DNA of 59,943 nucleotides from Hydrolagus affinis (lineage: Eukaryota), in contig JAAILG010001922.1 in NCBI GenBank assembly GCA_012026655.1, positions 1-59,943 on the forward strand, written 5' to 3'. Under the pieces are notes generated by a model that saw only the letters and a program-made list of their open reading frames with translations, was not told the DNA's origin and did not search any database. Position numbers and translations under genes: made by a program. Positions 1 to 13,329 of the stretch are shown piece after piece. Position 1 is the stretch's first letter. Each line of letters begins with the position of its first letter.

Positions 1-336
1 GGGGGGGGGGAGAGAAGAGAATGTGAAATAGAGAGAAGCGTTGCATTTACCTTAATCCTAAAAGAGAAGTGTTGTCGCTGGATGATTGCAACATAGTGAC
101 TGGGTCCTAGAGAGATACGCTAGCTGTTCGCACACACATAGTACCTGTAGATCCACGAGTGCAGCTAGACCACGTGGGGTAGTAAAGATGCTGATAGGCG
201 GGAACCGCGAAGCAGATGAATACATACCAATTCACGGATTAATGCGGTCCCTTGTTTGGAGGAGTGAAAATTTAAACCGCGGACTCGCAAAACGAGTTTC
301 GTGGTTGGTGAGGCCGCGGTTGGGACAGGATACCTG
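1..336. mobile_element. Probable end of a young DNA transposon (truncated by window edge)
   Basis: CpG-rich patch ending ...TACCTG|TA, with a subterminal inverted repeat AACCGCGG...CCGCGGTT. The other terminus is not visible. Confidence 0.4.
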
Positions 337-723
337 TATATAGAAGAACCTCATAACTCTCTGGTTCACATTCATAAACCCCAAATTATAAGGGGCACCA
401 AACCACAATGCCCACCATGACATCGCTTACTGTGAGCTGCACACAAGACTCAGGGAAGCTCTTGAAAAATTCTCACATGTGCTCCCTGCTCCAACAATGT
501 CTGATTTGCGTGTTCTTAGGGAGGTGAATGTGTAAAATATGAAACAAATTCTTTGATCCTCATTCCAGCCAGTCCATATAGATTTTTCTTACAAAAAACT
601 AGCATCAAAATGTAATCACCAACCATTATACATCATGTTCCTATCAACCCCAAATTTGTTAAGAATGAGGAACAATTTGTGATTCATTTTTAGACAAACT
701 GGCAAAGAGATAAAAGTACTCAC

Positions 724-821
724 TACTGCGCACAGTCGATGAGCTGATATTCATTTGATCTTTCGTAGCATGCTTTCACACCGTCATCTTGCCAGAGGGT
801 CTTTGTGTTTTCATAGAACTC
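724..821 (-). CDS. GNAS: Gs-alpha exon 6 ([33 protein letters not shown])
   Basis: ttttatttcag| 98 bp |gtgagt. Contains the conserved [13 protein letters not shown]. The gene continues beyond the left edge. Confidence 0.97.
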
Positions 822-3800
822 CTGAAATAAAAATATTGAGACCTGTTAAAATGTGTAATGTAGCATCTGACGGCAGATAATGCAAGTGTTGATCTGGTTC
901 CTTGTGCACTGCTAGTTAATGCATCACACACTAGCTTGATGCTGGCTCAGGCAATGGTACAGACTATAGTGTATTTTATACTATGCTATATCATACAAGT
1001 ATTATTGTATGATAATTGTATGATATTGTATGATACAACACTATTACTGTGTTGTACTAGTCCAGTCAAGCACACATGTAATTGTGGTTCACTTTATACA
1101 CTGATAGAACACATACTGCCAAAGCCGCAAAGAATGATGAATTTACAAACAATGATGTGCAGAGATACAGGACAGCGCAGTAAGCTTAGAGGACATTTTA
1201 TGCCCCTTAAATAAGAAACCAAGAAAATCCAAAAGACATTAAACAAGCAGCTCTCAATCCCTTTGAATGTAAGTTTGTAACAGTCATTACACTCAACAGT
1301 AACTACCTGTGAAGTGTGATGCTGTTTGACATAAGTCATTATAAAGATCTCTTTATATAGTAATATTAAGCTAGTTTAATCCAAGAACTCTGAGACGTGA
1401 CCCTGCGTGAGGGGTGCTATGTAAACGTAAATTGTTGTGCCGGCATGCTCCTCGTCCACTTCAACACTCCTCTTCAAGAAACAAATTATCTTCTGAAAGA
1501 ATGTACAGATTCTGTTTCAACATCAGTTTATGTCAAGGAATTTTGCATTCCAATTCCTGTGTGTTTTCACATCTTTCACTATTACCTATATTTGTGCTCA
1601 AGAAGCAAGTGATGTGATTGGGAAAATAAACTGATAACACTCGCTGTCTAGGATGAAACACAAACATTGATGTAACACAGCCTACTGGAAACAACAAAAC
1701 TACCTCCGCAGAATCCACTAGCTTCAGGCGAAAATATTGGGAGACAGAAAAACTAATTTGAAGATAGAAAATTACAAGCCAACTTCAGCTGGAGAAATCT
1801 GTACGAAGGCGAGCTTTCTCTTTTAGCTAATCTGGGAATACAAAAGTGACAAATGTAACTATCACAAGATTTCACTGGAACAGTTAATTGGTTCCCTCTC
1901 TCCAGGAAATGCTGACTCATTCTGAAAGCCAATTCTGCAAGTGTTAGTGGTGCTGTTTATCATTGAATGCAAGTGGCTTAAATTTTCACAGGTACTTTCC
2001 TTTGCAAAAGAAGTTACAATATTGGTACATCAGTATTGCCACTCAAAGTCAACAATCATCACCGCTGTAAATGATTTTAAAATGTCCACACACACACACG
2101 TGCACATGCAATCTTTCTCACCATTCCTTCCTGGGTCCCAAAGTGTGGATGAGACACACGTTTGGAGTGATTAAGAGGAAAGTCTTAAATTTGAAGGAAA
2201 GTCACCGAACAGTTCAAGCACTTAATATGTTCCCCATTCCTTAAAACTTAATGATAAACCAATGACACAATTACAACTCTACTGGAGCAAAAGTGTGTGA
2301 TTTTTAAAAATAAGTTCAACCAGTAAAGGTTGCCATCAGTAAAGAATTTCAAGAGCTATTCGCTAGTTGAGTATGTATACATCAAAACTCCGACTGAGGA
2401 TCATTGATCTCTTTAGTTCCATCTATTCTGACTCAGCAGAATCACTGAAGAGACGATGAGGATACGTAACAGACTTACTTAAGACGTTATCATCAAGCTT
2501 GCACACGACATTCCATTCACTGAGAAGACATCAAATCACACTATGATCAGATGCTTATCCTCCACTAATCTTGTTCTGTTTTCTCTGAATTCAATTCTAA
2601 TATTTATCCCTGAAGAACTCTCAGCCTGCCTAATCTTCTGTTTCACATTAAACCATGATTAACAAAACTGTACAAAATTATCAGGCATGCTAAGTTAACA
2701 GAACATACTCACTGATGTGTAATTTTAAAAAAGTACAGGTATAGCAAACTATCCTACAGCAACATTTCATCCAAGTTTAAGGCACTTCCTCCAAATACTT
2801 CCTTGTTTACAGATTTGCCTATGTTATTGGGCATCAAAATCTGCTTGGCATCCAGAAGCACTGAGGGGGAATATACCAAGTTCAATCCCCAGTGTGCACT
2901 GAGCACTAGAGACCATCATCTGGAAGAAGAGAAAAAAAACAGGGAAGGAGGAAGTAAGCTGTGTTCAACTGACGGGCTTGCCAACCCACGCTAAAAATTC
3001 ACCAGATTTAGGTAAATAGAGTCTGCCACTCTAGGGAAAGTGTGCGTTCCATTCTAGCCATGGGAAAAATTCCATATTTTCATTTGGAGAACTCTGGTAT
3101 GGATACATCTAAGCAGGGCAATTGGTTCCACTCTGGGTTGACCAAAAATAAGGCCACAGATTAGGGGATGGAAAGTCAGCCAGTGTTCATACATTCATGA
3201 TTACAGAAAGCTCTGTTGGGAGGTGTGGACATAATACTAGCAACAACAACTTACACTACGCCCTCCATGCTGGGTAGCATGTTCGAAAGACACCAAATGA
3301 GGACAGAATCCGGTTTGGCTGCTTTACACCAAAACATTCCACCTGGATTCATACATGACTGGTGGGGTATAAATCACGGGGGTACAAATATGCCCGTGAA
3401 CTACAACTTACTATAAGAAAACTCAAAATATCTTCTGAACTACAGGGAGAGTGAAGTCAGGGAGAGAGTCAAAGATGTTGGTTTGGCATAACCTTCAAAA
3501 ATTTTGATGGTCCCCTTAAGCACCCCCCTCCCCCCAGTTACACATGATTATACTACTTTGTGGTACTTTTGTGTCAAAAACAGCCCAAGGCAAGGGCTGT
3601 GCTGACATTTTGCAGAGAGAATGCTTTTCATTCTTCATTCTTTTCTCCCTTGAATCCAGAAGTTAAAAATTCCTGAGAGAATCCAGAATACTCCAACTCA
3701 GGAATGCTGTAGTTGGCAAATGGTTTCCAGCACTGATTCAGTATGGAGACATACCCGACAATAGGCCTGGTGAAGTTCTGACTGAACGGGTGGCACAGTC

Positions 3801-4914
3801 AAAAATTTACAGTGCAGGAGGCAGCCATTTAATCCATATCATTTAGCAGACAAACCTCCAATGGCACAGGTCAAAAGTTAAAACATTAGGAAAACAGGAA
3901 AATTACCCTTCGAATGTAAAAAGTCATGTGCCTCATTTAAGATATAAATGATCGATATTCAAATGAGAACTTAATGGTAGATTCAAAACATTGCATCACG
4001 ATTGTAAATATACGATATAATTGCAAGAGAAGGGAGTTTCCTAGTCAATCCCTCCAAATAATCTCCCAAACAAGAAAAGGATGCGGCTATTTACAAATTG
4101 CCTTACTACATTCACAAATTATGTACTTTTTTTTACAGAAAACTCTGAAGTGCCTTGAGACATTGACTTGCTGAGGAGCTATATCAAATGCAAGGATTAC
4201 CTTCATGCCATACAGCAATGAACAGATGGCTTAAATGTTGCCTATGCTTTACGTTAGAGTAAAATGGTCACAGACTGAGCAACAAGATCTCCTTTCCTCA
4301 TTCAAGTTGAGGGAAATGGCACCATTATAGTCCCTATCAAATGAAAAGTGTTCCAAACATGGTTTTCATGGTGTTAACTTGGTCAAGGTGTTACCTAAAC
4401 ACCATGACCAAGTAACAGATTTGTGACTCACACAAGCTCCATATAGATCTGCACACAAACCCTCAGCCACCACCACAGTGCATGTTTATTAACTATGTTG
4501 CACATTATATTCCTTTCACAGTCTTATCAGCAAATCTTCCAAATTGCGAATTTTACTGATCCACACTCCAACTAGTAGTGAAACATTCAACAACAAGATT
4601 CATACATTGAAGAGTTCACTTCCCAGGGTACTGTACATGATCGTAAAAGCTACTATTTGAAGAGCAGACATTTCCCCATGCTTCAGTCGACATTCATCCC
4701 ATCTCAGCAGGAAACAAGCTAAACAGCAAAGTGCTCAGTACAGCTGGGCACTGATTACAGCAGTACACATTGGATGATTAAATCAATGCTGGATTGTGTA
4801 CTGCCTACAGTCCTGGCAGAATATGGTTACTTAAGGACACTGCTATATGCAATTATCTTAACCTACAAACGGTCACTGCACTTCACAGAAAACTCTGAAA
4901 TATCTTTGAGACAA

Positions 4915-5203
4915 ATAATAAATAATCATCTGATATAGCGCTTTAAGTCTTCTAGACATCTCAAAGTGCTTCACAGAATATACAGTAAAGTGAATTGACT
5001 GTATTTGTGGGCGAAATGCAGCAGCCAATTGCACACTGCAGGGTCCCACAAACATCCATGGATTGCTTGACTAAATTGTTTTTTTTCTCTTGAGGGATTA
5101 TCATTAGGTGTGTGGAGTAAGGAAACTTTTGTGTTTCACCCTGCTGGGAATCGAACCAAGGTCTCTTGCTTGGAACTCGTGTGCTCTAACCAATGAGCTC
5201 TAT
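4915..5203 (-). mobile_element. tRNA-derived SINE (dominant family), short form
   Basis: Degenerate A/B boxes at the high-coordinate end, shared body, and L2-type tail ending in (TAT)n. Confidence 0.85.
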
Positions 5204-5994
5204 AAAAAAACTCACTTTGAGATCTTCTCCATATGTGAAAGTCACTACATCAGTGCAAATTGTTGTTGATTGCAGATCAAATTCAATCATAAGATATTGG
5301 AAGAAATACCAATGAAATTGAATGTAATTTAAAAAAAAATTTAAATAGCTATCAGAAATATACCTGGAACTTCTGAATTTCACATTCAATTCCATCAGGT
5401 CTGCAGAGTGAATTCCAATTGTAAGGAAATCCTTGTGAACCCTGCACCTTCCAAGCACAGATTGAGAACTGAAGCATCCCCAAGCACTATATTTAGAAAT
5501 ATATATTAAAAAAAAGTGGCAGCAAACCTGTCCAGTGATGTCATTTTTTTTAGAACAGATAAACAAACAGGTTACCCTAGCAGAAGCATGCCCAAAGAGG
5601 CGAGAGAGAAAAGGATTGTCAGACATCAATTGATAGTGAGGAATTGTCAAGATATTGGGGAAATCTGTTAAACAAGGGGAGAATCTTGAGTACTTTTTTT
5701 TAATTACACACACACACCTGGGGAGGGGGGAAGGAAGGGGGCAAGGATGAAAGTGGGTAAATCTATTTGAAGCTGGTGGGAAGGAAGGTGTAGGCGACTG
5801 TAATTTTCTCATTTCCAACCAGTCTAACAAACTAGCCTCTCATGGCTGAGGGGTTATTGGCCCACATCAATGACGTGGCCTGTAGATGCAGGAGTGAGGT
5901 CAGCTGAGGTCAACCATAGCACCTCCAGTAAAACAGCTCAAAATATATTCACTTAAAGTTAGCAACACTTTAATGATACCCACTTGCCACGTAG

Positions 5995-6540
5995 AATCAT
6001 CGAATATTACAGTACAGAAGGAGGCATTTGACCCACCGCCAAAGAGCTGCCCAATCAGTCCCACTTCCCTACTCTTTCCCCATATCTTTACAATTTATTC
6101 TTGTTCAAGTATCTATCCAATTCCCCTTTGAAAGCTGTTATTGCATCTGTTTCCACCACCCTTTCAGGCTGTCTATTCTAGATGGTAACAAATTTGTGTA
6201 AACAAAAATTCTCATCTCCCCTCTGTTTTTTTTTGGCAATTATCTTTAATCTATGTGCCCTAATTTCTTATCAGCTCTAACAAAACCCCTCATAATTTTG
6301 AACACCTCCACTAAGTCTCCCCTTAAACAATCCCAGCATCTCTAAACTCTCCACATAACCACCCATCGCTCATACCATTCCTGGAAATCTAAACTCTCTC
6401 CAGGGCTTTGATATACTTCCTAAAGTGTGGTGCCCAGAATTGAGCGCAATACTCCGGCTGAGGCCCAGCCAGTGACTTATAAAGGTTTAGCAGAACTTCC
6501 TTGCTTTTGTACTCTTATGCCTCTATTTATAAAACCTATG
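5995..6540 (-). mobile_element. CR1-type LINE 3' fragment
   Basis: agaatcat...acagaaggaggc tail, plus gtgtggtgcccagaattg...caatactcc typical of CR1 ORF2 ends. Similar pieces at 7860-8230 (+), 22500-22880 (+), 32160-32380, 36800-37060 and 52245-52390. Confidence 0.65.
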
Positions 6541-8489
6541 TCAGCAATTACCAAGATAACACCTGCTGTGTATGTGAAAGAAAGGTCTCAAAGTCCTTTA
6601 CAGGATGAGATGAATTAGAATCTAGCAAAGTGAATGCATTTAGGGTAGAAAAGGTGGCAGCTCATCTCACATTTTACAAACCATGAGATCAGAAGAATTT
6701 TTTTTTGGGGGGGAGGGGGTGTAGGGGGGAGACAAGGAACAAAGCGCGGAGGGAGTGGGGGAAGAAAAAGGAAAATTGCTTGATAAATGCCATGAATTAC
6801 ACCACAATAATTGGCATTAACCTCTTTATCCTTCGAACAACACTTAATCCCATATGTAGCAAACCCACAATATATTTGTTCATCCACTCTCAACTCAATA
6901 TATTCTCACATCTGAGGTTCTGAATTTAATATCAAGTCAAATCAGACAGGCTACGTACATGCTGCCAAACTATCGCCATGGCACACAATTCATTGTGAAG
7001 AGACTACCAAATGGCACAGAGTAATTCAGTAGAATCCACTGTATTCCCTCCAACAGCTAGAACCTTTTTTAAAAAACAAAATGGACTTTCACACACTTTG
7101 AGTGTTTGTCACCTCTTGTCTCAGCTCACCCACTGGAACAAGGGGAAGAAACTTCAAAACAAAATATTGAGCTAGTTGAAGCCATTTGAAGAAAGGATTA
7201 AGAGTGTTACTGTATGTTCAGAAAGTTTTCAAGCTTCATGATCAAGCAGCAATGCACAAATGAATTACGGCCGTGCAATTCAGCAGCAATAGCAGGCCAC
7301 AGAGTATTGCTAACATTTAAGTAGCTTTATACTAATTGTACAGATAAAAAGTCAGTGGTATTTACAACAACATTTAATACTCTTTGATAAAAAAAGCTCT
7401 CCTTGTCACACTGGATTTCATATTCAGAATAAATGAACACCAGTAGCAGGACAATACACCAATTATCAAAATAACATCATCAGACCACTTTAGATGTGGG
7501 TGTGTGATGCTGAGTCATATGCTGTGGCGTTCAGCAAAGTATTTCACTTTACAAGAGCTTGCCTTGTCATACCAGTGAGATGTGACAGGGCGTGCTTTTT
7601 TTAAAAAAAAACTATGACCAGAGTAGCAAAAAAAAACTTCAAAAGGAAACAGGACCGGAAGCAGAGTAGTTCCAGGGATCTTGCGTAAGATTTTCCTCCA
7701 TGGTGAACAATAATTAACAGTGAAATAGTTCATACAATCACATGCAATTTGTTTCAGGAAAAGTTCCACAATTTGATGGGGAGAAAAGATCATTTAAAAA
7801 AACCACTTTTGTGAGAAGATTATTGAACACCATTCAGCTATGAATAGGCTTGGCTTCTAGTCCTTATAGTGGAGGTGATTAAGGGGATTTGTTGAGGTGT
7901 TTAAAATAATGAAAAAATTGTGTAAAATAATGGATGACTCTTCCTTTTGGTTGAGGGATCCATTACAAGGTGCACAGCCTTAAAATCAAAACTAAAACAG
8001 TGTGAACTGCGGTGAGGAAGCATTTCTTCCACAACAACAAAATTACATTTGTATAGCGCCTTTGAAAGGGATCTTTGAAAGAAAGACAGAATTGGGTAGT
8101 TTATAGGTAAACAATGGTATGGATAATGGGTGAGGCATTGGAATTAAAAAGTTCTGCCCATATTTTGTAAACTGGTGGAACAGGCTTGATTGGGTGTCTG
8201 GCCTCCACCTACACCTGGTTTATGTTCTCATTTCTAAGTATGTAAGTAAAAAGCAGATCTTAATTCAATGGAAATACATCCAGTGCAGAGTGCAAAGCTC
8301 TAACAAGACATTGATCCCCAGACATACCTGCAGAAGATGTCATTTTTTAAATTTTTTCACCCAAGTTGCAAACAACGGTCACACGCACATGCATTACATT
8401 TTGCCTTCAATTTCTGTTCATTCAGTCAGGCAATGGTTAAAGCACAGCATTTGTTGTACTGGGTGCAATATATCCAGTAAGGTAATCCA

Positions 8490-8774
8490 TCTTCTATACT
8501 AATAAAACAACAATGTCTGTCTGCGCTTCAAGAAGGATCTCAACAACCAATAGATCTAGAGACATGATTTATATCTCATCAGTATATACCAAGCAGCTGT
8601 AACAAAATAAAGAAGAGACAAAGCTAAGCCTCGACAACAACAACAAAATTAAATTTTGAAAGCGCAGAGTCCTCCCAAAAGGAGCCCTCCCAGAAATGTA
8701 TAAAGATGAAATGTCTGTCAGTGTGTCAAATCTACATTCCATTTTGGATCCTTTGCTGCAATGAGTACAGCAAG
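8490..8774 (+). mobile_element. Non-autonomous Helitron-like element
   Basis: A|TCTTCTATACTAATAAA 5' end followed by tgtctgtctg; 3' CAGCAAG|T; shares blocks with 20365-20474 and 48473-49335. Confidence 0.55.
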
Positions 8775-8914
8775 TGGTCAATAAAAGGATACATTTCATT
8801 TTCGTTCTAATAACAAACCGCAATTTCTTACTGAAGGCTTTAAACATCACAAATTGCAGCAATTAAGAAACCACAGGAAGAAAAGGCCAGTTCAACTACT
8901 GAACCGAGTGGGAC

Positions 8915-9230
8915 ATAATAATAATAATCCTTGCATTTGATTATTGATTAATTTGATATAGCGCTTTGAGACCTTTGAGATGTCTCAAAGCGCTTCACTG
9001 TAAGTCCATTCACTTTACATTCACTGTAAAGTGAATGGACTATATTGTGGACGAAATGCGACAGACAATTGCACACTGCAGTGCCCCAACAGTCATGGTG
9101 GATTCAGTGACCAAATTATTATTATTATTTTTTGGAAGGGATTATTAAAAGCAATCTGCCATGTAAACAGTGGCATGTGGAGTGACAAAACTTATGAGGC
9201 GAGTAATCTATCCACTAAGCTACAGGACTC
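8915..9230 (-). mobile_element. tRNA-derived SINE with internal inverted duplication and head deletion
   Basis: Same family; 5' GAGTCCTGTAGCT at 9230. Confidence 0.85.
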
Positions 9231-10829
9231 TATGAAACCAGATATAAAAATTTGTAAGAAAGAAAGGGTTTCTGTAAAGTCAGAATCTTCTTGTTCACAA
9301 TACACTGTCTGTTGGTTCAGAGATGCCATGCAAATATCCAAACACAATCTTCACCAAAGACCACTACAACTGGTGCAATTCTGCAGCAAAATATTTAGGT
9401 AACCAGTTAAATCAGCAATCACAGCTAGGTGGAGTAACTTAACAGTATTGATCTAACAAATGTGCTCAAATACATTGTTCACATTTCTAAAGGTTTATAT
9501 TTTGGTCCTGTTAGGAGGAAATGCAGACACGATACAAGGGAAAATTCTGCTACAGACAAGACATTGGATAGATTAAACATGAAGAATCACAGCTCTAGTG
9601 AAAGACCCTTTTCTTTGACTCGCAGAGTCTGCTCCAACATCAAAACATGCAGATGTGATTGGACCTGGGTTTAACATCCAAAAGATCAGGTTGTACAGAT
9701 AGCAGATAGTTGACAGTAATAAGGAATTCTGATTGTCAAATATTCAGCCACTGTTCTCCTGCAGAGTGCTTTCTGCTATTGCAGGATTATAGCCAATTCA
9801 CTCCTCCGCATTGAAAGCGCAGTCTGCACACCGATCTTGGGCTTCAGTGTTTTGTGACAAAATTACACACAGACATGTAGCTGACGTAGCCAAAATATTC
9901 AATCTGCACAAATATATCCAAATATGGATTCTGTTCCTGAACAGTTAAATATTCCACCCTTGTACTGGGCCAGGGTTCTCGGATACTTACGTTTATTTGG
10001 TTTGACTGAGAATCACAAACCGATAACCTCATTTCCCCAGCCTCTAATCAGTTAGGAAGCAGTCACCTCATTATACATAACTGAAAAAGAAATCCCCTCT
10101 AAGATGAATGCATTCAAATAGGTTATCAAATGGTTGATGGATTGTAGCATGTAGGAAATCAGCATTGGGTATTCATGCTACTCCACGCTGAATACAAGCT
10201 CAATAAGATGATCTCTCCAGCTCCCCACCCCACACACACACACTCCAAATGACACAAACACTGCTTTATAATAATACTTATATTTGATATGGTGCTTTAA
10301 AAAAAGTAATTTTGTTGTTCAATCAATCAAAATTTATATAGCGCCTTTCACATCAAGAGGACGTCCCATGGCGCTGCACAGTTGGGTAGGGATAAGAGCG
10401 GGGGGACACACACACACATTTTTGAGATGTCCCAAAAGTGCTTCATAGAATATACTACAAAGTGAATTGACTTTATATTTTGTAGGTGAAACGCAGCAGC
10501 TAATTGTGCACACCAGTGTCCCACAAACTGTCTTGGATTGAGTGACCACCAATAAAAGCAGAGTAAATTAACAACCACGGCTTTTTAGTCATTCTAATTG
10601 AGTTTTCACTTTAACCTACTATTGTTTTAATTAACAACCTTTTATTTTTCTCTCTCAGTTATTGAGATTATTGTACGTACCCCACACCCACCCCACTGAT
10701 ACAAATACCAGTACTGTAGGATGCGAGAGGGCTGTATTGTAAAAGTCAATAGTGATGACCACTGAAACAAACAGACCTTTTTGTACACCATTCATCATTT
10801 TGCTTTCATTAAAACAATCTACAGTACAG

Positions 10830-11216
10830 TAGGGTCCGTCGCTATGGAAATTTTCCGATTTAGATATATCGATGGGCTCATATCGAGATATACCGAAATA
10901 TCGATATTTTGGGGGTTTTTGTACTGCGCATGCGCGCGCATTCGGGGCCTATCTCCTCAGGAGGTAAATATCTTTCTCTCTGTGTGTCTCTCACACTCAC
11001 TCTCTCCATCTCTGTGTTTTTCTGTCTGTGTCTCTCCCCCCACCCCCTCCCCCCGCCGCTGCCCCTCTCTCCTCCCTCCCCGCCACCGTCCCTCTCTCCC
11101 TCTCCCCCCCCACCCACCCCCCGACTTTTTCAATATATCGATATTTTTGAAATGCCTATATCGGCATATCGATATGAAAATTATATCGGGTTTTAGCAAT
11201 ATATCGCCAGACCCTA
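10830..11216. mobile_element. Non-autonomous hAT-type DNA transposon (MITE), 387 bp
   Basis: Imperfect TIRs TAGGGTC(C/T)G.CG.TAT, perfect 8-bp TSD CAGTACAG (10822-10829 and 11217-11224), many subterminal ATATCG/CGATAT motifs. Confidence 0.9.
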
Positions 11217-13233
11217 CAGTACAGTATTCAGTATCATAGTTTTTGCCATAAGGTCCTGCAGGATCTTGTTTTCATTCATTATTGCAGCATACTTTGCCTC
11301 AAATGGCCCATTCTTGATGCTTCCATCAGCACCAACCACCCAACAATTCATAGCAGATTTTGCTCCAGTCTATCAGAATACATATGGTTCACTAACTTTT
11401 CCATGGGGCATTTTTCCTCAGTGGCAGTTGCCAAAATTACCAGAAAGAGGAACACATGTGAACAATTGAAATAGGAAAACCAAAGTTGTGACTGACACAA
11501 TTAAACTAGAGACATTGATACATCTTTTAATTCTATATTTTAAAACATGGGCGTGGGCGGAGGAATGAACAAAGCAGCAAATTACAAACTTTGCAAACTT
11601 GGTAGTCCGATTCCCGACCCAGACAGGTTCAAAGTACTCTAAGGCATTGCTGATGATAGACCATTCATCCTGGTTTATTGGGCAGGATGGCAGATCAGTT
11701 ACTAGGACTAGGCAATCTTCTGAATCAAGTAATCAACAATCAATTAATCCTGCAAACCAATGCCCAATGGGTAGGGTATTCCTAGCTTGACCAGTAGGAA
11801 GCTTGCCAAACCAATATCCCAGCATGCCCTTCTAAGCCTCCAACCTATACAGTAATTTCTGGAATTAAATAAACAACCCACCAGGGATAGAATGCACATT
11901 CCATTCACAGGGACAGCTCTATGGTAAGCAGCGCAATATGTGGAACACAAATGTTTTGGTGTACTCTTAAGAACGGTTCTCCAAGTGGTCCAAGACGCAA
12001 TCCTGCATGGAGGCTGCTATATAAATGCAAGACATTGTTGGTGGTGAAGTATCGGAGACATGGCTGACCAAACATAAATCTAAAACATCCACAATACCAT
12101 TTTCTTAATACAGCATGGAACTATTTAAAATCAAAAACAGTGTCCTGATCTCAAGCGCATTCCTAGTTACCTGTTTAAACCTTGTAGAGAAATGAGAATC
12201 TGTTTGTTCTAAACTTCTATCTCCAACCCAGAACTATATCTTCTTGTTCTGTTGGGATACTAATCTGAAAGGTTGGTTTGGCATTTGCATAACTTGTTTA
12301 CTGCTAATTCAGCACTTTATATCAATCTATAAAACCCCTCAAAGATTTCTCTTAAATTCAGTTTTAAAATTGCTCTGGGTATTTAATTCTTTTTTTTCTT
12401 CAGAACTCCCCCCCACCCCCCACCCCCATCATCAAACAGGTATATAGATCTTGGGAGTGATTGCAAAGCAGCAAGTCCATCAAGCAGTTCACATTTTCTG
12501 ACTTGATTTCCAATTATTCCTCGAGACATTTCCCAGAATTCCCAGACATAATTCTCAGAACTATAGTTGGCCTCACTCAGACACAGCACCCCTGGGTGGC
12601 GCCAGGACAATCGTGGCCTCCAAAGTGAATGATAATCTGAAACCACAACTGACCCAGCTGAGCAAATTCAAGGAACCAACTCAAGACTGCACGTTCTGGT
12701 GGCAATTGCCAATTCTTCAGTTTTGCTGCTGTGGATTAAAAAATCACTTGAGCAGCTGTAAGTAAAGTTAATTTGTAGTGACTTCCAAGCTACTATATAA
12801 AGAAACTAATTTCCCTCTGAGTCAGTAGCCTCAATTTGTTGTTTGCCAATAGTTTACAGGAGTCCGTAGCCCGCACTTAATTGGTCATTCTTCATATCAG
12901 TCTAGACACTGAGTGTCTGTAGGCTATTTGACTACACGGCGGAATCTGATCTTGTATAACATTCATATGTGAGTATTACAATAGGAACCACTGGGCAGCA
13001 ATCAACGGCAGTATTCCTGGCAGATCTGCCTGCAATGAAGCTGGGAGTGCTGAGGTCAACTGCAGAACCTGAACTGTATTAAACAGAAATTTACCAAAAT
13101 TAAAAAGAATGTTACATTTAAAAATCCTTAGAGATCAATATCAACCAAGTGAGTGAAAGTATCCTTCACAACAGACACCGTAGACTAACGTGTTTCATTT
13201 TCAGGACTAGAGGCTAATAACTAATTCAGCGCA

Positions 13234-13329
13234 ATCCCGCACAATACAAGGACCAGCAATAACTGCCAAAGTGCTCTAGGTATCCCGCACAATTCAAGGA
13301 CCAGCAATAACTGCCAAAGTGCTCTAGGT
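13234..13329. repeat. 48-bp tandem duplication (2 copies, 1 mismatch)
   Basis: ATCCCGCACAAT(A/T)CAAGGACCAGCAATAACTGCCAAAGTGCTCTAGGT x2. Confidence 0.95.

Noticed and set aside
5186-5830. Longest ORF in the track (214 aa)
   Set aside because: Non-ATG start, low-complexity composition, ends in a SINE, and no recognisable domain.
13234-13329. Direct repeats as a CRISPR-like array
   Set aside because: Two abutting copies, no spacers, eukaryotic intron.
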